DNA of 63,019 bases, filler included, from Raillietiella orientalis (taxonomy: Eukaryota), in assembly GCA_036172245.1 (NCBI GenBank). It is 14 parts of 14 records of this genome, joined end to end, with 100 filler letters (N's around TTAATTAATTAA, not from the genome) between each part and the next. Parts side by side here need not be neighbours in the genome. Positions count along the whole stretch, not along the records: positions 49,953 to 54,262 come from JAYWIR010000349.1; positions 54,363 to 58,650 come from JAYWIR010000350.1; positions 58,751 to 63,019 come from JAYWIR010000351.1; 11 more parts are not named here. The stretch is one strand, 5' to 3'. A model generated the notes under the pieces. The model saw only the letters and a program-made list of their open reading frames with translations. It was not told the DNA's origin and ran no database searches. Positions 49,953 to 61,700 of this stretch are shown piece after piece (within the stretch, counting starts at the first letter, position 1; every line of letters starts with the position of its first letter). Both the position numbers and the translations under genes were made by a program.

Positions 49953-52776
49953 AAGCCTGGCAATCCGGGTCGGCCAGCTTACTGGACGACCAGGGCCGGG
50001 AATGTTCGTCCCCGGCGTCGGTACGGCATCTCGTGCGGAGTTATTATTCCTCCATTTACGCCAGGGCGCCCCCGGATCAAGATGCCTCTCGGCTCTTGCT
50101 TCCGGATGGTGCCGCGGCAATAGGGGAGGAGGAGTCGTTAAGCCTCGATGAGCCTTTTACCACCGGCGAAATTCTCGCCGGTATCAAAAGGCTCAAGAGG
50201 CGGAAAGCTCCAGGGGAAGACGGCTTGCCCGCGGAGTTCTATCAGAGCTTCGCGGAAGAGCTGGCACCCCTGCTGCATCAGCTGAAAAGGCTGATCCGAG
50301 ACGAAGGCAATGTTACCGCCTCGTTTCGGACAGCCAGAGTGAGGCTCCTTCCGAAAGGAGGAGACCTTAGGAATTTGAACAACTGGCGTTCGATCACGAT
50401 TGTGAATACGGACGCCAAGTTGCTTGCCGGGCTATGGGCTTCGCGTCTGGGGCAGGTGGCAGAATCCACAATTAGCCCGGAGCACACATATGCTGTTCCC
50501 GGGCGAAGTATGGATACCAACGTCTTCTTCGCGAACACATGGATGCACGCGCAGAGGTGTCAAAAGGAAGGGAAAGGGAAAATCGGCAACCCCAATTTGG
50601 GGCCGCCAGCAGGGCAGGGAATGGACTCCCGGGCGGGGAAGGGGGCCTTAGCGCTCGCAGTCGATCTCCATAAGGCGTTCGACTGTGTTGACCAGGGGCT
50701 TTTGTTGGAGCTCCTGGGTCGCATGGGCTTCCCACCCTCCTTGATTACCTACCTGCGCTCTTGCTGGCGGAATGCGATTATCTCCATCTCTTTCAGTAGT
50801 CAGAAGGTGTATGGCGTGCCGGTGCGGCGGGGCATCAGGCAGGGAGATAGCCTGAGTGCCCTGCTCTTCAGCACCCACTTTGAGTTGGTGCTGAGAGCGT
50901 ACAGGGTGATTTTGGCCTCCTTGCCGAGCTCGTGTCCCGGCACGCCCGCCGTAGCAGCCTATGCCTACGACCTTCTGCTCCTGTTACCTATGTCCACCCC
51001 GGCGAAGGCGGTCGGCGACTTCTTCGATCTGCTCAGCCGTGGGACCGGACTGCAGCTCAACAGGGCGAAGTCGTCGGTGGTGCCAGTAGGTGCGGCGTGG
51101 GCAGGGCAGCAGGACTGGGTCCGTCTGGGGATCCCCACGGCGAGGTCTCTCAAGCACCTTGGTGTGCCGTTGGGTGACTACTCCCCTTCGGAAGCGTGGT
51201 CCAGCTGTCTTCAACAAGTTGAGACGGCGATCGGCCCGTTCCTAGAAGGAAAGATTCACTTGCCGGAACGGGCCGCGGTTTGGAACGCTTTTGCGGCCCC
51301 CATCCTCCGCTTCTTGCTTTTTGTTTGCCCTGCCCACAGAGAATGCAAAAAGAGGACAAAGGACCACCTCCGCATAGCCCTTTGGGGCAAGGGGAGGCCC
51401 CGAGTTTTTCTGAAGGACTTGTACGGTCCGCGTCGGGACGGCGGCCTTGGCCTCCTGACGCTGGAGCGCGTGGAAATCCAGCTGCGGTGGCGAACCCTCG
51501 CCATCGCAGCGAAGATGTGGAGCACCCCTTGGTGCGTTCCGGCCCGCCTCCTCGCCAGGCGTGTGGCCCGATGCGAAGGACTCGCGTCGTTTCTTCTGTG
51601 CCCTGGCCGGAAGATCCGAAGATGCGGCCTTATGCTCGGACGCATAGCAACCTTGGCGAAGACGAACGGTTGGATGGTTTGTGGCCCCGCCAACTCCTCC
51701 GCCTGGTTGGAGGAGTCTGCTGGCACATGGGCTAAGCTGAACAGCAGGAGCGAAAACCACATGAACTGCCTGCGAATCGGCCCATACGCCAACCGCACCC
51801 TGCGGGAAATACTGGAATTTCCTCGGAGTCGCAGGTGGGCGTTGACGACCCCCCTTGCTACGGCGATGCCCTACCTCCTGAGGGCGCTTCAGGATTGCCA
51901 GAAGCCGAGGTGGCAAGTCACCTGCCAGATCGCAGGCAGGGAGAAGATGTTAAGCGGCTGGACCACAGGAGAACTGGCGGACGCCACGACCCCGAGCGTC
52001 CAGCCGCGTGGACTAATGAGATGGGGCGAGCTGCTCGCCATCCCTACGGATGTGCTGAAGTGGCCCCCGGTATTAAAGGAATCCAGGATCCTGCCCCTTA
52101 AGTGGCAAGAGTCGGCGTTGCTTTTGTTGCACTGGGGTCTACCCTGCAACGCGCGCCGCTTCCACTGGACGAGGGGAGCTGTGGATCCTGCGTGTGCCAG
52201 GTGCGGGGAGCGGGAGTCGCTTCCCTACCTTATTGTGGATTGTGCTGCCATCCGACCCCTCTGGGAACGGTTCGGGGCGACCCTAGGGCTCCCTACGGGC
52301 AGCACCCCCAGAGACGTTCTTCGGCCCCTCTTCGTGAAGGACGCACTGCAGCCAGCCGCAGCCATCGCAGCCTTGTGCTGTGTCCGTGGCATCGTGGCGG
52401 CATGGAGCGACGCCAATAACGAAGGAGTGGGTCCACACGCGAGGGATGTCGTCCCATACGCCCAACGCTTCATGCGGAGAGCTGCCGGATGGCCCCAACT
52501 GGGGAATATACGGACGGACCTCGAGGGCTTCTTTCAACGGATGGGCCCTCCTCACAGCGTTTAGTGATCCCTTCCCTGCCCTCCAACTTCTTTTTGTCTG
52601 TTTATTTTTTTTATATTTCTTTTTGTTTTATCCCCATCCCCCTTCGCTGCTGAGGAACCCTACGCTGGGGTGCGTCCCGGCGTCCCGGCAGGTCCAGTGC
52701 ATATGGTCGTGAGCGGGACCTTGTACCGCGGATGTAGAGTTTTTTTAAAAATAAACGCCCCGGGCGTACCCGGGTG
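49953..52776 (+). mobile_element. Family C ORF2 and complete 3' end
   Basis: Long RT ORF, T-rich 3'UTR, ends AATAAACGCCCCGGGCGTACCCGGGTG. Confidence 0.95.
50033..52564 (+). CDS. ORF2 RT + C-terminal zinc finger (5'-partial), catalytic YADD changed to YAYD
   Basis: 843 codons open with all L1-type RT motifs. AYAYDLL replaces the AYADDLL seen in other copies. Confidence 0.85.
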   Translation: MRSYYSSIYARAPPDQDASRLLLPDGAAAIGEEESLSLDEPFTTGEILAGIKRLKRRKAPGEDGLPAEFYQSFAEELAPLLHQLKRLIRDEGNVTASFRTARVRLLPKGGDLRNLNNWRSITIVNTDAKLLAGLWASRLGQVAESTISPEHTYAVPGRSMDTNVFFANTWMHAQRCQKEGKGKIGNPNLGPPAGQGMDSRAGKGALALAVDLHKAFDCVDQGLLLELLGRMGFPPSLITYLRSCWRNAIISISFSSQKVYGVPVRRGIRQGDSLSALLFSTHFELVLRAYRVILASLPSSCPGTPAVAAYAYDLLLLLPMSTPAKAVGDFFDLLSRGTGLQLNRAKSSVVPVGAAWAGQQDWVRLGIPTARSLKHLGVPLGDYSPSEAWSSCLQQVETAIGPFLEGKIHLPERAAVWNAFAAPILRFLLFVCPAHRECKKRTKDHLRIALWGKGRPRVFLKDLYGPRRDGGLGLLTLERVEIQLRWRTLAIAAKMWSTPWCVPARLLARRVARCEGLASFLLCPGRKIRRCGLMLGRIATLAKTNGWMVCGPANSSAWLEESAGTWAKLNSRSENHMNCLRIGPYANRTLREILEFPRSRRWALTTPLATAMPYLLRALQDCQKPRWQVTCQIAGREKMLSGWTTGELADATTPSVQPRGLMRWGELLAIPTDVLKWPPVLKESRILPLKWQESALLLLHWGLPCNARRFHWTRGAVDPACARCGERESLPYLIVDCAAIRPLWERFGATLGLPTGSTPRDVLRPLFVKDALQPAAAIAALCCVRGIVAAWSDANNEGVGPHARDVVPYAQRFMRRAAGWPQLGNIRTDLEGFFQRMGPPHSV

Positions 52777-52790
52777 TAAACCTCCAAGAC

Positions 52791-54262
52791 CAGTTGGAGG
52801 ACGTGTTTTTCCTTCACTCTTCAAAGAGTAGTAGGAAAGCGCTTTCTTGTGTGTGGTGTTTTGCGTACATCGTCGGTGTCCAATGGCCACGACGCCAGAG
52901 GACACCGCGATGGAGGTGGGTGTGGGGGAGGCTAGTTCGCCCCCAAAGCCTACAGGAGCAGGGGCAGCCGCCCCGGAATCATCCCCGGCCACGCTGAGGA
53001 CATGTAGCGCCATGGTGGCCGCGCCCAGCGCAGAAGCCATGGCGGAGCTGGCCGCATACAAGGCCTCCGGGTACAAGCCATCGCTTGTCTACCAGATAGC
53101 CAACTTGTTCGACGACCGGACAGCGCGCGCCTTCAGCAAAGCGTTGAAGGACGCAAATGTTACTGAGAAGGATCTGGACGGCATCTCCGTCCTCAGCGGC
53201 GGGGAGCGGGTTGAGGTGGTCTGCAAAGATGTCACCTTGGCTCACCGCCTAATCCATGCGCCGCTGAACGTAGACGGCCGCAAGATCCTGCCAGTATCAA
53301 TGGACCGCTCCGTGGTGGTCCACATGACTGGCATCACCAGCCGCATGACGTGGTCAGCGGTTGGTGAGCAACTACGAAAGTACGGTGAGGTGCACGCACT
53401 GTGGCCGAAAACCTCCATTTTCGACGGCTTCGATAGCCTTTTTGGTGGGCAAGCTGCAGCGCGGGTCACTGTAAGGGAGAATTGTGGGCTTCCCCACAAA
53501 CTACAGGTGGCGCAAGAAAACGTCGACCTGTGGTATGTAGGGAAGCCCCGGTATTGCGGGCATTGATACCATGGGATACCTACGTAAAAGATGTCCCAAT
53601 ATACAATGCCATTTGTGCAGGGAGCGGGGCCACGTTCGGCGCGTGTGCCCCAAACGCCACACCCCGGTTCCCCCTGCCGCGAAAAAAGCGCAGGGGAAAC
53701 GCGCTTCAAAGGTCTCTAGACCTAAAGTAGAAAAGGACCAGCACAAGCTGCCAACACATCAACCTTCGGCGCGTAAGCCCGAGGATAAACCTTCTGAAAC
53801 GGTGAAAGGCGAAGAGGGATGGCAGCTTGTAGAGGCCAGAAAGCCAAGGAAACTCCCACCCGCGGAGAGCAAAGAGCGCAAGACGGCCGGTAAGCCGAAA
53901 AAACCCGGTCCGCGCTCGAAAACTCTGCGCGAGTGCACGGTGGCACTGGAACGAATCGTCGTTCCCGAGGCTGCCACCCGGGGCGACGAGCCTCCCCTTG
54001 CCGTTTCCGCTGCGCCCGAGGCTCGCGACGGCGAACTCTCTGTTTACACAGAGGGTGAGCCGCGCGACATAGCGGCGGTCGAAGCCGCGGACGCCGCGTT
54101 CGCGCAGGCGGCGGAGGAGCTCGCGGTCACGCTGGCCGAGCGTGAGAACCCCTCGCGCAAGGCCGTGCGAAGGCCGGCTCCGGCGAGGAAGGCCCCCAAA
54201 GGTGAGCTAGACCTGGGGGTCGGAAGCACATCCTCCTCCTCGGAGGCACCCCCCAGGAACAA
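52791..54262 (+). mobile_element. Family B: 5'UTR and ORF1 (ATG 52883, frameshift at about 53564)
   Basis: Same 5' start as 2757; MATTPE ORF1 with CCHC knuckles. Confidence 0.92.
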
Positions 54263-54362
54263 NNNNNNNNNNNNNNNNNNNNNNNNNNNNNNNNNNNNNN
54301 NNNNNNTTAATTAATTAANNNNNNNNNNNNNNNNNNNNNNNNNNNNNNNNNNNNNNNNNNNN

Positions 54363-57300
54363 CACGCTCAAATGAAATTTCGAACTCTTCTTAATCATGC
54401 TGTGAAAGCAGAGATTGAAAGGGCTTGCGGCTCTCCATGAAAGGGATTTGCCACTCACTGCAAAAGGATACTTCGTGAAGAGGCGCAAAACTGCAATGGT
54501 GAAATCTTCTGTTTTCTAATTGAATACAAACCCCCAAAAGCTGCAAAGTTGGACCACATAATGAATGGGAGCGAAGGAGAATATTTCCCTTCGAAGTCCG
54601 ACACTGGTTACCATGAAAACAACACAGAGTTCAAAGTGCCACGCCCTAATGAAGTTTCGAACTCTTCTTAATCATCCTCTGAAAGCAGAGATTGGAAGGG
54701 CTTGCGGCTCTCCATGAAAGGGATTTGCCACTTACTGCAAAAGGATACTTCGTGAAGAGGCGCAAAAGTGCAATGGTGAAATCTTTTGTTTTCTAATTTC
54801 TTACATATCCGCAAAAGCTGCAAAGTTGCACCACATAATGAAAGAGAGCGAAGGAGAATATTCCCTTTGTAAGTCCGACACTGGTTACCATGAAAACGAG
54901 ACAGAAAACAAAGTGCCACGCCCTAATGAAATTTCGAACTCTTCTTAATCATTCTCTGAAAGCCGAAATTGGAAGGGCTTTGGGCTCTCCATGAAAGGGA
55001 TTTGCCACTCACTGCAAAAGGATGCTTCGTGAAGAAATGCAAAAGTCCAATGGTGAAATCTTCTGTTTTCTAATTGAATACAAATCCCCAAAAGCTGCAA
55101 AGTTGGACCACATAATGAATGGGAGCGAACGAGAATATTCCCCTTGTAAGTCCGACACTGGTTACTATGAAAACAACACAGAGTCCAAAGTGCCACGTCC
55201 AAATGAAATTTCGAACTCTTCTTAATCATCCTCTGAAAGCAGAAATTGAAAGGGCTTTCGGCTCTAAATGAAATGGATTTGCCACTCACTGCAAAAGGAT
55301 GTTTCGTGAAGAGGAGCAAAAGTGCAATGGTGATATCTTCTGTTTTCTAATTTCTTAAATATCCACAAAAGCTGCAGTGTTGGACCACATAATGAATGAG
55401 AGCGAAGGAGAATATTCCCCTTGAAAGTCCGACACTGGTTACCATGAAAACAAGACAGAGTCCAAAGTGCCACGCCCTAATGAAATTTCGAACTCTTCTT
55501 AATCATCCTCTGAAAGCAGAAATTGGAAGGCCTATCGGCTCTCCATGAAAGGGATTTGCCACTCACTGCAAAAGGATGCTTCGTGAAGAGGTGCAAAAGT
55601 GCAATGGTGAAATCATCTGTTTTGTAATTGAATACAAATCCCTAAAAGCTGCAAAGTTGGACCACATAATGAATGGGAGCGAACGAGAATACTCCCCTTG
55701 TAAGTCCGACACTGGTTACCATGAAAACAACACAGAGTCCAAAGTGCCACGCCCAAATGAAATTTCGAACTCTTCTTAATCATCCTCTGAAAGCAGAGAT
55801 TCGAAGGGCTTGCGGCACTCCATGAAAGGGATTTGACACTCACTGCAAAAGGATACTTCGTGAAGAGGCGCAAAAGTGCAATGGTGAAATCTTCTGTTTT
55901 CTTATTTCTCAAATATCCACAAAAGCTGCAATGTTGGACCACATAATGAATGATAGCGAAGGAGAATATTCCCCTTGAAAGTCCCACACTTGTTACCATG
56001 AAAACAAGACCGAGTCCAAAGTGCCACGCCCAAATGAAATTTCGAACTCTTCTTAATCATCCTCTGAAAGCAGAGATTGGAAGGGCTTGCGGCTCTCCAT
56101 GAATGGGATTTGCCACTCACTGCAAAAGGATACTTCGTGAAGAGGCGCAAAAGTGCAATGGTGAAATCTTCTGTTTTCTAATTTCTTAAATATCCACAAA
56201 TGCTGCAATGTTGGACCACATAATGAATGGGAGCGAACGAGAATATTCCCCTTGAAAGTCCGACACTGGTTACCATGAAAACAAGACCGAGTCCAAAGTG
56301 CCACGCCCTAATGAAATTTCGAACTCTTCTTAATCATTCTCTGAAAGCCGAAATTGGAAGGGCTTTGGGCTCTCCATGAAAGGGATTTGCCACTCACTGC
56401 AAAAGGATGCTTCGTGAAGAAATGCAAAAGTGCAATGGTGAAATCTTCTGTTTTCTAATTTCTTAAATATCCACAAAAGCTGCAATGTTGGACCACATAA
56501 TGAATGAGAGCGAAGGAGAATATTCCCCTTGAAAGTCCGACACTGGTTACCATGAAAACAAGACCGAGTCCAAAGTGCCACGCCCTAATGAAATTTCGAA
56601 CTCTTCTTAATCATCCTCTGAAAGCAGAGATTGGAAGGGCTTGCGGCTCTCCATGAAAGGGATTTGCCACTCACTGAAAAAGGATGCTTCGTGAACAGGC
56701 GCAAAACTGCAATGGTGAAATCTTCTGTTTTCTAATTGAATACAAACCCCCAAAAGCTGCAAAGTTGGACCACATAATGAATGGGAGCGAACGAGAATAT
56801 TCCCCTTCTAAGTCCGACACTGGTTACCATGAAAACAACACAGAGTTCAAAGTGCCACGCCCAAATGAAATTTCGAACTCTTCTTAATCATCCTCTGAAA
56901 GCAGAGATTGAAAGGGCTTGCGGCTCTCCATGAAAGGGATTTGCCACTCACTGCAAAAGGATACTTCGTGAAGAGGCGCAAAACTGCAATGGTGAAATCT
57001 TCTGTTTTCTAATTGAATACAAACCCCCAAAAGCTGCAAAGTTGGACCACATAATGAATGGGAGCGAACGAGAATATTTCCCTTCTAAGTCCGACACTGG
57101 TTACCATGAAAACAACACAGAGTTCAAAGTGCCACGCCCTAATGAAGTTTCGAACTCTTCTTAATCATCCTCTGAAAGCAGAGATTGGAAGGGCTTGCGG
57201 CTCTCCATGAAAGGGATTTGCCACTCACTGCAAAAGGATACTTCGTGAAGAGGCGCAAAAGTGCAATGGTGAAATCTTTGTTTTCTAATTTCTTACATAT

Positions 57301-58650
57301 CCGCAAAAGCTGCAAAGTTGCACCACATAATAAAAGCGAAGGAGAATATTCCCTTGTAAGTCCGACACTGGTTACCATGAAAACAAGACAGAAAACAAAG
57401 TGCCACGCCCTAATGAAATTTCGAACTCTTCTTAATCATTCTGAAAGCAGAAATTGGAAGGGCTTTCGGCTCTCCATGAAAGGATTTGCCACTCACTGCA
57501 AAAGGATGCTTCGTGAAGAGGTGCAAAAGTGCAATGGTGAAATCTTCTGTTTTCTAATTGAATACAAATCCCCAAAAGCTGCAAAGTTGGACCACATAAT
57601 GAATGGGAGCGAAGGAGAATATTCCCCTTGTAAGTCCGACACTGGTTACCATGAAAACAAGACAGAGTAAAAGTGCCACGCCCTAATGAAATTTCGAACT
57701 CTTCTTAATCATCCTCTGAAAGCAGAAATTGGAAGGGCTTTCGGCTCTCCATGAAAGGGATTTGCCACTCACTGCAAAAGGATGCTTCGTGAAGAGGCGC
57801 AAAAGTGCAATGGTGAAATCTTCTGTTTTCTAATTTCTTACAAATCCCCAAAAGCTGCAAAGTTGGACCACATAATGAATGAGAGCGAAGGAGAATATTC
57901 CCCTTGTAAGTCCGACACTGGTTACCATGAAAACAAGACAGAGTCCAAAGTGCCACGCCCTAATGAAATTTCGAACTCTTCTTAATCATCCTCTGAAAGC
58001 AGAAAATTGGAAGGGCTTGCGGCTCTCCATGAAAGGGGTTTGCCACTCACTGCAAAAGGATGCTTCGTGAAGAGGCGCAAAAGTGCAATGGTGAAATCTT
58101 CTGTTTTGTAATTGATTACAAATCCCCAAAAGCTTGAAAGTTCGACCGCATAATGATTGAGAGCGAAGTTGAATATTCCCCTTGTAAGTCCGACACTGGT
58201 TACCATGAAAACAAGATAGAGACCAAAGTGCCACGCCCTAATGAAATTTCGAACTCTTCTTAATCATCCTCTGAAAGCAGAAAATTGGAAGGGCTTGCGG
58301 CTCTCCATGAAAGGGATTTGCCACTCACTGCAAAAGGATGCTTCGTGAAGAGGCGCAAAAGTGCAATGGTGAAATCTTCTGTTTTCTAATTGATTACAAA
58401 TCCACAAAAGCTTGAAAGTTCGACCAAATAATGAATGAGAGCGAAGGAGAATATTCCCCTTGTAAGTCCGACACTGGTTACCATGAAAACAAGATAGAGA
58501 CCAAAGTGCCACGCCCTAATGAAATTTCGAACTCTTCTTAATCATCCTCTGAAAGCAGAGATTGGAAGGGCTTGCGGCTCTCCATGAAAGGGATTTGCCA
58601 CTCACTGCAAAAGGATACTTCGTGAAGAGGCGCAAAAGTGCAATGGTGAA
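54363..58650 (-). repeat. 277-bp satellite family 1, opposite orientation (about 15.5 monomers)
   Basis: Reverse complement of the 18672-22560 monomer; period 277 (56053 to 56330). Confidence 0.97.
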
Positions 58651-58750
58651 NNNNNNNNNNNNNNNNNNNNNNNNNNNNNNNNNNNNNNNNNNNNTTAATT
58701 AATTAANNNNNNNNNNNNNNNNNNNNNNNNNNNNNNNNNNNNNNNNNNNN

Positions 58751-61700
58751 CTTTTCTATTTCCAATGTGGTGTTTTCCGTCCAAATCTCCGCACTAGCAC
58801 CAAAACGACCATGGCCGCTTCCCGATGAATTCGGTCGCAATCCTGAGACGTGAAAATGGTTGGAATCAATCTACTTCCACTTCCAGCATAGAAATCGAAT
58901 CTACAAAGTGTATCCGAAAAATTCCTCTATCTTTTCTATTTCCAATGTGGTGTTTTCCGTCCAAATCTCCGCACTTGCACCAAAACGACCATGGCCGTTT
59001 CCCGATGAATTCGGTCGCAATCCTGAGACATCAAAATGGTTGGAAGCAATCTACTTCCACTTCCTACATCCAAATACAATCTTCAAAGTGAATCAAAAAA
59101 ATTCCTCTATCTTTTGTATTTCCGATGTGGTGTTTTCCGTCCAAATCTCCGCACTTGCACCAAAACGACCATGGCCGTTCCCCGATGAATTCGGTCGCAA
59201 TCCTGAGACATCAAAACGGTTGGAAGCAATCTACTTCCACTTTCTGCATCCAAATAGAATCTTCAAAGTGTTTCCTAAAAATTTCTCTATCTTCTCTATT
59301 TCCAATGTGGTGTTTTCGGTACAAATCTCCACACTAGCACCAAAACGACCATGGTCGGTTCCCGATGAATTCGGTCGCAATCCTGAGACATCAAAACGGT
59401 TGGAAGCAATCTACTTCCACTTTCTGCATCCAAATAGAATCTTCAAAGTGTTTCCTAAAAATTTCTCTATCTTCTCTATTTCCAATGTGGTGTTTTCCGT
59501 ACAAATCTCCACACTAGCACCAAAACGACCATGGTCGGTTCCCGATGAAATCGGTCGCAATGCTGAGACATCAAAATGGTTCGAATCAATCTACTTCGTC
59601 TTCCAGCATAGAAATTGAATCTTCAAAATGCATCACAGAAATTCCTCTATCTTTTCTATTTCCAATGTGGTGTTTTCCGTCCAAATCTCCGCACTTGCAC
59701 GTAAACGACCATGGCCGCTTCCCGATGAATTCGGTCGGAATCCTGAGACATCAAAATGGTTGGAATCAATCTACTTCCTCTTCCAGCATAGAAATTGAAT
59801 CTTCAAAATGCATCACAGAAATTCCTCTATCTTTTCTATTTCCAATGTGGTGTTTTCCGTCCAAATCTTCGCACTTGCACCAACACGACCATGGCCGGTT
59901 CCCGATGAATTCGGTCGCAATCGTACATGAAAATGGTTGACGTACTTCCACTTCCAGCATAGAGATAGAATCCTCAAAGTAATCCGAAAAAATTCCTTTA
60001 TCTTTTCTATTTCCAATGTGGTGTTTTCCTTCCAAAATCTGACTTGCACCAAATCAACCATGGCCGCTTCCCGATAATCTGTCCAAATCCTGAGACATCA
60101 AAATGGTTGGAAGCAATCTACTCCGTCTTCCAGGATAGAAATTGAATCTTCAAAATGCATCACAGAAATTCCTCTATGTTTTCTATTTCCAATGTGGTGT
60201 TTTCCGTCCAAATCTTCGCACTTGCACCAAAACGACCATGGCCGGTTCCCGATGAATTCGGTCGCAATCCTGAGACATGAAAATGGTTGGAATCAATGTA
60301 CTTCCACTTCCAGCATAGAGACAGAATCCTCAAAGTGCATCAAACAAATTCCTTTATCTTTTTTATTTCCAATGTGGTGTTTTCCGTCCAAATCTCCAAA
60401 CTTGCATGTAAACGACCATGGCCGCTTCCCGATGAATTCGGTCTCAATCCTGAGACATCAAAATGGTTGGAATCAATCTACTTCCTCTTCCAGCATAGAA
60501 ATAGAATCTTTAAAATGCAGCAAGAAAATTCCTCTATCTTTTGTATTTCCAATGTGGTGTTTTCCGTCCAAATCTCCGCACTTGCACGAAAACGACCATG
60601 GCCGGTTCCCGATTAATTCGGTCGCAATCCTGAGACATCAAAATGCTTGGAATCAATCTACTTCGTCTTCCAGCATAGAAATTGAATCTTCAAAATGCAT
60701 CACAGAAATACCTCTATGTTTTCTATTTCCAGTGTGGTGTTTTCCGTCCAAATCTCCGCACTTGCACGAAAACGACCATGGCCGGTTCCCGATTAATTCG
60801 GTCGCAATCCTGAGACATGAAAATGGTTGGAAGCAATCTACTTCTACTTCGTACATCCAAATAGAATCTTCAAAGTGGATCAAAAAAATTCCTCTATCTT
60901 TTCTATTTCCAATGTGGTGTTTTCCGTCCAAATCTCCGCACTAGCACCAAAACGACCATGGCCGCTTCCCGATGAATTCGGTCGCAATCCTGAGACGTGA
61001 AAATGGTTGGAATCAATCTACTTCCACTTCCAGCATAGAAATCGAATCTACAAAGTGTATCCGAAAAATTCCTCTATCTTTTCTATTTCCAATGTGGTGT
61101 TTTCCGTCCAAATCTCCGCACTTGCACCAAAACGACCATGGCCGTTTCCCGATGAATTCGGTCGCAATCCTGAGACATCAAAATGGTTGGAAGCAATCTA
61201 CTTCCACTTCCTACATCCAAATACAATCTTCAAAGTGAATCAAAAAAATTCCTCTATCTTTTGTATTTCCGATGTGGTGTTTTCCGTCCAAATCTCCGCA
61301 CTTGCACCAAAACGACCATGGCCGTTCCCCGATGAATTCGGTCGCAATCCTGAGACATCAAAACGGTTGGAAGCAATCTACTTCCACTTTCTGCATCCAA
61401 ATAGAATCTTCAAAGTGTTTCCTAAAAATTTCTCTATCTTCTCTATTTCCAATGTGGTGTTTTCCGTACAAATCTCCACACTAGCACCAAAACGACCATG
61501 GTCGGTTCCCGATGAAATCGGTCGCAATGCTGAGACATCAAAATGGTTCGAATCAATCTACTTCGTCTTCCAGCATAGAAATTGAATCTTCAAAATGCAT
61601 CACAGAAATTCCTATATCTTTTCTATTTCCAATGTGGTGTTTTCCGTCCAAATCTCCGCACTTGCACGTAAACGACCATGGCCGCTTCCCGATGAATTCG

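Noticed and set aside
743..52564. Bacterial RT systems (retron, DGR, group II intron)
   Set aside because: The RTs are fused to APE and zinc finger domains and paired with a CCHC ORF1, which is eukaryotic non-LTR architecture.
58815..58860. Hammerhead-like CCGATGA in the 180-bp monomer (and CTAATGA in the 277-bp monomer)
   Set aside because: Core deviates from CUGANGA, and no convincing stem II-GAAA-stem III could be built.
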